Source: Podarcis vaucheri (Eukaryota). Taken from it: DNA of 64,000 nt. Below, in pieces: positions 26,001 to 64,000 of this stretch; the first letter of the stretch is position 1; every line of letters begins with the position of its first letter. The notes under the pieces are model-generated. The model did no database searches. It saw only the letters and a list, made by a program, of their open reading frames with translations, and was not told the origin of the DNA. A program made the position numbers and the translations under genes. The stretch lies in the NCBI GenBank assembly GCA_965113315.1, contig OZ220364.1; one strand, written 5' to 3'.

Positions 26001-29000
26001 CAAGTGGTGTTCTGCTCACACCTGGAATTTCCTCTTCTCACACTTCCCAAAAATCTGTTCCAGATGGTCCTCCAACCACCTGAAGCAGATTTTGAGGGTT
26101 AACAGCAGGCTTGCAGGAGAGGAGAAAATTCCCAATGATTTTTTTATTTTACTGTTGAAGCTCTACATAACTATTTCATCATACTTAAAACTTTGCCAAC
26201 TAAATATTCAAAACATGAAAATGCTTTCAATGTGTTGCATGAAGGGTCTCTTGAAACCTGTTGTTTTTCTCATATTAAACAGCTTCAAAGCCTATGAATC
26301 CTAATCACAAACACACTGTGTGCATGAAAATGAAAGATTGTTTTACCTGTAAAAAGCCTCTTGGTAAGGAGTCTGACACTGTCACGAAATTGCCTGTCTT
26401 GTGCATTAGTTCATCCCCTTCATCTTCACTGTCATCTTAAAAAGAAATTATTTCAAACATTGTATTGTTTTATCTGTGCAGCCATATGAAAAGTGGCAAC
26501 ATAAGCTAAATGCAATATATGAAAAGAAGTCAGAACTTATTCAGTATACAGTCAGGTAGTGTGTCATAAACCCTGCTCCTAGTCTCTTACAGCAGCTTGC
26601 AACGGTCAGTAGTAAGACAATCTGCGTCCTCAGGTAAACAATCTAAAACAGGGTAGGCAGCCTTCAGGGTTGTGTGATCTACTTTGTTTTTTACTTGAAC
26701 CTTGAAGGCAACCAAATTGAAGCCAAGTGCAAAATAAGAACTGCTTAAAATTCTCAAGGATAAGAACTGGAGTCAGATGCAAAATACTGTATTTTTCGCT
26801 CCATTGGACGCACAGGACCATAGGAGGGGGAGAACAGGGGAAATTTTTTTTTTCTTGTTCTCCCCCTCTAAAACAAGGTGCGTTCAAGGTACATTCACCA
26901 GAGCTTGTGGGGCTGGCGGTGGGAGGAAGCGCTGCTTTCCCCCACCGCCAGCCTCAAAGATCCCTGAAGCCTTTGGAGCGCAGTGCCCCGCTGCCCTGCA
27001 GAGGTTTGCGTGCAGCTGTCCCCAAGCTAGAGCAGCGTGACGGAGCCCTCCCTCTCGATGTTCTGGCTTGGGAACAGCTTTGCTAGCTTCTGCAGAACAG
27101 CGGGGTGAAGGCACCCCGCTGCCCTGCAGAGGTTTGCGCATAGCCGTCCCCAAGCTAGAGCAGGGAGACGGAGCGCTCCGCAGTGCTCCGTCTTCCTGTT
27201 CTGGCTTTGGGCTTAGCGGCGCAGCCTGCATTCGCTCTATAGGACGCACACACATTTCCCCTTAATTTTTGGAGGGGGAAATGTGCATCCTATAGAACGA
27301 AAAATACGGTAAGCAGTTAAAGAAAATGGAATGGGATGTGCAACCCAGGAAACTGGGAACCAAGCAAGCATGTTCTTTCACACAAACACCCACATACACT
27401 TGAGGAGAAGCCAGCTCCCTGTAGCTGCTCCTTCTATGGCCAATGGATGAGGCCAAGTTGGTCTCTCCCTTGCCATGATGTTCTTCCTACATTAGTCCCT
27501 GCGAGACTTCCTTAATCAGAAGTCCCAAATTCTTTCTCTGCAGAACATGTGCAGAGGATTGCATCTTAATTACTTTATTGACTTTGGTTCATGCTATAGA
27601 AAGTCCCACATTTACCTTCATCTCTGGCTTTTCTTACTTTCTTCTTCCTGTCCCTCTGTGCCCAGGAAGGGGTTGCTCCCATTGCGCTCTGAAATCTAAG
27701 GAAGACAAGTCTGTACTTCACCCACAACTGTTACTTAAGACACAGCCTTATTCACTGAGGTAAGTAAAAAAAAACTATCAGAAATTTTAAGTAAATATGC
27801 CAGACAATTTTGAAAGATGGGTGAAAGAATGATGAGCGTTAAATATCTGATGAAGAGAGGGATGCAGGGCAAGAAACTCAGGACAGACAGCCTTATAGTA
27901 TCTCTCTCTCTCTCACACCCACACACCCCTTGTGATGCAAGAGCAGATGCAAGCTGTTTAAAGGATGGACTGTGAAGGATGAAAAACATTTTCCTCAACC
28001 CTCCCCACCTCTCGCAAGTAAGCCTCTCATTATGACAATAAATAGGGAAATGCTTTTGAAGTGTCCAAGCACCCCAGCCATTTTTGCCCTTCCTTTTTAA
28101 GTTCAATTTGAATCATCCTGCCATTTCCCCTTTTCTCAATATTAAGCAGCAAAACTTCATAGCTGCATAAAGAAAATTGATTTTTTTTTTGCATTTTAGT
28201 ATGTATGGAAAAAAATATAGACATCTTCAAAAATTCAGATTAATTTACAAATTGTCTGTTTTGAGAAAACACATATTGGAAGGCCTCTTCAAAAATGAGG
28301 TTATTTTTTCTTAAGATGGTTGTCTCTTGTCCATGTTACCATTAACACTCACTGTTCTTGAAGTCTTCTTTGAAGTTTTTCCTTTGTAAGCTTCTTTTCT
28401 GCATCACTTTTCATCATGTTTTTTCGATATCGATGGGTCATGTCAATTCTAGGAGAAAAAAGACACATGCTAAATTTGTATAGTTCTGTAAAAATATTAA
28501 TTTTACCAAGATGATCACTTTACAAATTAAAGCAAGTGAATAGCTTATATTTTGAAACAGTGGCATGTAGTTCATGTTACATAGTAGAGTCAACATGATG
28601 GAGTGGTTAAGAGTGCCAAAGTAAGATTGGGAGATAAAGGTTCAAATCATCACTCAGCCATGAAATTCACTGAGTGACCATAAATAAAATACTTCCTCTT
28701 CCTAACCTACTTTACAGGATTAGCATGGGGAAGAAATGGAAAAAAAGTTTATTTTAAAATCAGCTATAAGGTTCTAGAATTTCCAAAGCTCTTAAAAAGT
28801 GGACATCCTGGCAATATTTTGTAAATATTTTGTAAAAACTTGCAGAAAGCACACACATTAACATCTTCACTCAGAATGAATGGTTAAGATGATGGGTGGT
28901 ATCCAATTGTGCACTGATGCAATGGACTTCCACTTGTGCAAAGGTGACTTTCCTTCAACCTGCAGCCACCCAAAATCTGCTCTGGAGGATTGACAGATTG

Positions 29001-30616
29001 CAGGGGGAAGAGGGAAAAGGTAAGTCACAGTACATCCGCTGGTGCGACTCTTGACCTTGCACTCACAGTATGTAAGATGCTTACACCCCAAACCTACATA
29101 TGTTAGGTTGAAGACAAGCCCCACAGAGTTCAATCCAACTTGCTTACAACTACAGCTTTGCTTCACCACACTTGATTCACGAGTCAATTTACAATAGGTG
29201 CATTACACATCAAAGTAAACCACTAACCATGGATTACTGTGAAATGCAAACATAGTCTATGAGTGCTGCTTACATTTCCTCAACTTCATCATCTTCATCC
29301 ACCCATGCTGGTTTTTCAGATGGAAGAAAGCTGTCTTCCGTTTCATTATCCACTTCTGAGCCATCAGATTCTCCTTCAAGGAGATTCCCACTGAGCACAT
29401 CACCAACCTTAAAAAAAGAAAGAATATTTTCTTTAATCTTAGAATTTAAAAACATGTTACAGATTGCCACCCATGAATCTTTAAAAATTCCTTAAAAACT
29501 TATCATTGTTTATTCTCAGACCACTTGTCAGGAGCCTGAAACTGAGATAACTGACAAGCCCAGTCTCAGCTGTACTGCCACATGAATCCTGAGGCATTTC
29601 GGACAGAACTTCCTGATAACCACATACCTGAGGAACATTGTGCTGTTCTACAGCACCCATATAATAGCTTTCAGAGTTCAGAAGGCATACTTGCACTGTT
29701 TGCTGCCATGACAGGACAGTACCCCACATCTGGATACTATGGTGAATTTACAAATATTTACGTGAACTGAAAAAGTTAGGAATTTTTTTAGGGGGTGAAG
29801 AACTAATTTGCTTGAATGTTACAGTGGGTATTCAGACTTAATTTACCACCTCCTGGAATACTTTCAAAGTGGACGAGACAGAAGATTGTGACCTCTAGAT
29901 AAGGCATTCACACAGCCACCTATAAAGGGACAACCATTAGCAACTTTACAACCTCAACTGTTTGACTGAAGCCACAATAAATTTATTTTTAAAAAACAGC
30001 ACAAAAGAGTGCCCCTTTTCTATGCTGTGCTATCATAACTACAGCTGCACCCCTCTCTTCTGAACATTTGCTACTGAACCGGCAGGGCCGGCACCAGTTT
30101 TTGTGGACCAATGCTCCAGGTGTGTAAGACAGGCAGAAATTCCGTAATATGTACTGGTGAAACATCTGCATCACTGTATCTGCGTGTCCATAAACACCCA
30201 CCCGTGCAATTCAAGCTTATCACGCTGCCAGCAGCTCGGGCAGGGATGTGGGGCTCATAGAAAGCTGGTGGAAAGAACCATTATCCACTAGATACCGTGA
30301 GGCTGATTATTGCTATCCAGTCCGGGGGGGCACACACCAAAACAGGCTTCCCGCCTAATACCTTCGCCAGCGGGCCTTGCAGACGCTGCAGGTCGTCGTC
30401 TCCTTCCTCCACGTCCCCAAACAGCAGCTCCTCCAGGCCACGCTCCGCCGCGGGTTTCTCTGCCACGAGAGCCAAGTGCTGAGCCCGACGGATCTCCTCC
30501 GCGGCAGCCGCCATGCGGCCGCCTCGCTCCTCGCCTCTTTCAAGCGGCCCTTTTCCGACCCGAGGCCGCTTTCTGCCCTTCGACGCGCCTCGCCGGCCCG
30601 CAGTCCTCGCCTCCAT
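20073..30616 (-). CDS. UTP18: U3 snoRNA-associated protein 18 homolog (WD40 SSU processome subunit), complete, 13 coding exons, 537 aa
   Basis: Spliced ORF of 1614 nt with LEELLFGD, PAWVDEDDE, VQFHPSAQV, VDGIANPKIQSIHL, MDFSPRSGYFSIANNKGRALLYRLKHYSDF*. All introns are GT-AG and in phase. Confidence 0.95.
20513..20655 (-). CDS. UTP18: UTP18 coding exon 12 (143 nt)
   Basis: VHIPSFTVFPNFPVFKKKLIYLANSMDFSPRSGYFSIANNKGRALLY. Confidence 0.94.
22046..22220 (-). CDS. UTP18: UTP18 coding exon 11 (175 nt)
   Basis: SSSGVVNVYAQDDCLRETSPKPLKAIMNLVTPATSLSFSPTTEILAIASNKVDEAVKL. Confidence 0.94.
23134..23257 (-). CDS. UTP18: UTP18 coding exon 10 (124 nt)
   Basis: QGEVFVWDVKSRRCLNRFYDEGCMCGTSIAVSKNNQYVAC. 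Confidence 0.93.
23681..23771 (-). CDS. UTP18: UTP18 coding exon 9 (91 nt)
   Basis: TKELIGSMKINGKSLESSFSPDSSKIYTHS. Confidence 0.93.
24418..24518 (-). CDS. UTP18: UTP18 coding exon 8 (101 nt)
   Basis: LEEKFIKNFEVSPDGRFLLLNGTSGYLHLLTMK. Confidence 0.93.
24878..25052 (-). CDS. UTP18: UTP18 coding exon 7 (175 nt)
   Basis: VDGIANPKIQSIHLEGFPVYKARFSADGEQVIATSIHNKRFYIYDMMAGKIIPITHIR. Confidence 0.94.
25474..25599 (-). CDS. UTP18: UTP18 coding exon 6 (126 nt)
   Basis: MKNCKFANSERLSDAKLTTVQFHPSAQVIMTAGLDRSVSLFQ. Confidence 0.94.
26347..26435 (-). CDS. UTP18: UTP18 coding exon 5 (89 nt)
   Basis: DSEDEGDELMHKTGNFVTVSDSLPRGFLQ. Confidence 0.92.
26787..27309. mobile_element. Tc2/pogo-type non-autonomous DNA transposon with an internal direct repeat
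   Basis: TA-CTGTATTTTTCGCTCCATTGGACGCAC ... GTGCATCCTATAGAACGAAAAATACGG-TA; a roughly 60-bp GC-rich unit occurs near 26987 and again near 27115. Confidence 0.88.
27616..27695 (-). CDS. UTP18: UTP18 coding exon 4 (80 nt)
   Basis: FQSAMGATPSWAQRDRKKKVRKARDE. Confidence 0.9.
28353..28448 (-). CDS. UTP18: UTP18 coding exon 3 (96 nt)
   Basis: IDMTHRYRKNMMKSDAEKKLTKEKLQRRLQE. Confidence 0.92.
29274..29407 (-). CDS. UTP18: UTP18 coding exon 2 (134 nt)
   Basis: VGDVLSGNLLEGESDGSEVDNE...KPAWVDEDDEVEE. Confidence 0.92.
30362..30616 (-). CDS. UTP18: UTP18 coding exon 1 (255 nt)
   Basis: MEARTAGRR...AERGLEELLFGDVEEGDDDLQRLQGPLAK; donor AAG|GTATTA. The start could instead be the downstream MAAAAEE ATG. 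Confidence 0.88.
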
Positions 30617-31661
30617 GCTACCTCTGCCTTCACGGGACAAACCGGAAGCGGAAAGGCCCGCACGTTCGCGTCACGGAAACCGGAAACGCCCTTCCCGCTC
30701 AGTTACCACAGAGAGGCACGCAGGCGCAAACACGTCCGCCCTCCCAGCCACAGTACTCAATGAAGCCGCCGTGACGCCGCCTGAATGAACACGCGATGTA
30801 AACAAACAGATAGATTACCAGAGAGATACGCGGGCTGAGGGGGCTTTCGGCGCGAGCTCCTCACCCCTCCCCACCCCGAGGCAAATGGAGACCGGAATAA
30901 AACGATCTGCGTAACATTTGTCTTTTTCTCTATGTCTTTGCCTTCCCCCGCTCCGTGAGAAGCACTGCCACGTGACCTCCTTGGCCCCGCCTCCTTTTCA
31001 CATGACCTCAATGTTTCAGTGTATCCCCCCCCCCCAACACACACACACTCTCTTTCCCCCATTTTTCCCCCTCGTAAGAACCGCTCTCTAGGCGGGCTGT
31101 CCCATCACTTGTAAAACAGTGGGGGGGGCAGGGGAAAGCACCTTTTTTTAAAAAAAGATTAACGTCTCCTCAGTTGAAGGCAAACTGAGACGGAGAGAAG
31201 CATCCCATCAAATCTGTAGCCGGTCGCGGCGACCGCTTTAACGCCGCGGCTGCGACCGTCCTCGGTCCCCATCGTCTCTCCTCCCCCCCCCTCTTCCGCA
31301 TCATAGTTCAGGCCGCCCAGCCGCGTACGGCGAGCGAGGGCGATCCAAACAGCGAGGGGGCCAATGGGAGCGCGCCGTGGGCTGGGGCCGTACTACGCGT
31401 GCGCAGTGCGGTTATGCTAATGTTGTTGATATTCTGGGGCTTGGAGTTGAATGTCTTTTCTCTCACACACTCTGCGCTCTTCCCCCCCGTTTAAAGTGAG
31501 AGGCTGAACTTTCCTCCTCCTCCAACCTGGCTCTGCCCCTCGGAAAGGGGAGGGGGAGAGTCCGGGGGGGTGGGGGCTGAGCCGAGGGGGCGGGAGGGGG
31601 GAGGAGGAGGAGGAGGAGGTGAGCGGCGGCGGCAGCGGCATCCTTTGCCCATGAGGGCCTG

Positions 31662-62219
<30,558 letters not shown>

Positions 62220-62635
62220 GTGGGTAACAAAAATTATTTGCTTTTACTTTCTTGCTACAAAACTGCCTTTTTCTCTCAGGAAAAATGATGGTTGCGAATG
62301 ATGCTTTCTATTGAAATGTTTTTCAAGCTTAAAGTGCATTATGGCACAAGGAAAACTTTTTAAATTGAGTATTTTTTTTGTCACGTGAAGTAAAATAAAG
62401 TGCAAATATAAGTATTTTTTTAAAGCAAACTCTGTGGTAGTTTCTACTTAATATCTTGGTTTCAGTTTTAGGTCCTTTCATAGAAAACTTTTTCTCTCCA
62501 GAATGATAAGAGATTGATTAATTTTTGTTTAGGGTAGTACTGTCATCTTCACCAAGATAAGATAGATGATATATTTTATTAAGCCATGTTGTTCATAGAA
62601 CTAAAAATTAGTGCTTTTTTTAGATTCACATAGAA

Positions 62636-62771
62636 CAGGCATAGGCAAACTCGGCCCTCCAGATGTTTTGGGACTACAACTCCCACCATCCCTGACCACT
62701 GGTCCTGTTAGCTAGGGATGATGGGAGTTGTAGTCCCAAAACATCTGGAGGGCCGAATTTGCCTATGCCTG
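62636..62771. mobile_element. Young palindromic hAT-type MITE
   Basis: Near-perfect ~55-bp inverted arms (CAGGCATAGGCAAACTCGGCCCTCCAGATG...) and a perfect 8-bp TSD ACATAGAA. Confidence 0.93.
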
Positions 62772-63486
62772 ACATAGAATTAATTTCAGTCTAAAGTTAG
62801 AGAATACTGTAATCGGTTATAATAAGTATACAGAGTAAAGTGAGGGTGAGTGTAGAAACAGAAATGAAGGATTATTTTTTGAAGTGAGAGCTTAGAAAAA
62901 AACTTCAGCATAGAATGTTTTATTGCGTGTCTTGACCATTATAAGGTTAAGTTTGACATTCTTTATATTTTGCTTGATTGGTTTTCACGCTGGTCTTTTC
63001 ATCTGAAAGATGACAGCTTTTTGTGGCTACAGGAGCTGGCAAAATTGATCTATAGAGTTAATACCTATGGAGGGTCTGAGACACTGGAAAGACTTCCTTG
63101 AGTAGGGAAGTGTAATAAAATTGTACTATATTTTAGCCAAATTAGATTTTAATTTGAAAACTTTATTTTGGACAGGCACACATTACAGCTGAGCTGTTAA
63201 GTTTCTCTTAATGGCTCAGCCTACATGGAACTTTTAATTTTGTTCCAGGCAGTGTAGAACATTAGAACTGAAATGAAATACATTGTACATTGTATTCCTT
63301 TGTAATTTTATTCTGAAGCAAGTCCCAAAGGCCTGGTTCAGATACTTGGTTTACAGTTTGCTAAACCATGATTTTTAGGAGCTGGAAACAAGTGATGGAA
63401 CCACCCCTCCCACCTTTGACATCTTCCTTCCACCTTGCTTACACTCTGGCTTAATAAAACCACAGTTAATAGTTATGTCCCAAACA

Positions 63487-63584
63487 GGAAACTGTAGCTT
63501 AATGTTAGTTTTACCAATAAGGATTTTAAACTCTGAAGTTGGTTTAAGATCCTTGTTGGTAAATCAGTATTAAACCACAGTTCC
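63487..63584. repeat. Long inverted repeat/hairpin, probably the centre of an old MITE (similar element at 13291-13375)
   Basis: About 43-nt arms around a ~10-nt loop. Confidence 0.7.
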
Positions 63585-64000
63585 CCATTTTGGAAACCAC
63601 AGAGAAGGTTGGTTTGATTAAACTAGGATGCAAGCAATGAGGAAGGAACATGTGATCTCGGTGCTTGTTCCCATTGCTAAAACTGGAGTCGCAAGCTTGG
63701 GAGTAGAACATACAAACCAGTGGATAGCCTTACCTGAGTGTGTTTGGGATTGTAGCCTCAGCCAAATTCCTTCTGAAATGCCAAGTTTCCCACTTATATT
63801 AACAAACAGAGAGCATGACCAGTCAGTTGTATCTGGAGCAGGTAGGAGCGTGTGTGAGTTGAATGGGGATGGAGAGGAAGGTGAATCCTGGTGTATCTGC
63901 AAACATACTGTATCTTGCCCTGTAGAACTGGCACATTCTTTAGACTGAATTCTGTTATTTTATTGGGAAATGGAATGTTTATTCTTTTTGGATTTCCAGA

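Overview
This is vertebrate genomic DNA, most likely from a lacertid lizard (Sauria/Squam1- and Squam3-type SINEs, a young L2 LINE, many TA-flanked Tc1/mariner-pogo MITEs). It contains three intron-rich genes whose exons I built by hand from GT-AG boundaries and reading-frame continuity. (1) CSNK1D on the minus strand: coding exons 1-6 (codons 1-295, the whole kinase domain); the rest lies beyond the window start. (2) A complete UTP18 on the minus strand: 13 coding exons, 1614 nt, 537 aa. (3) MBTD1 on the plus strand: 15 coding exons (613 codons); the last exon lies beyond the window end. UTP18 and MBTD1 are head-to-head on a shared CpG-island promoter. Introns hold SINEs, L2/CR1/Penelope fragments and MITEs, several of them nested. 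The most interesting unexplained signal is a candidate spliced, polyadenylated antisense transcription unit inside MBTD1 intron 5, with four phase-compatible exons and about 147 open codons. Also notable are a uORF whose stop overlaps the first MBTD1 ATG (TGATG), a 109-codon +1-frame ORF across MBTD1 exons 2-4, and two strong-context uORFs plus RFX X-boxes at CSNK1D. These are hypotheses from sequence reading only; repeat family names are from recall, not database searches.
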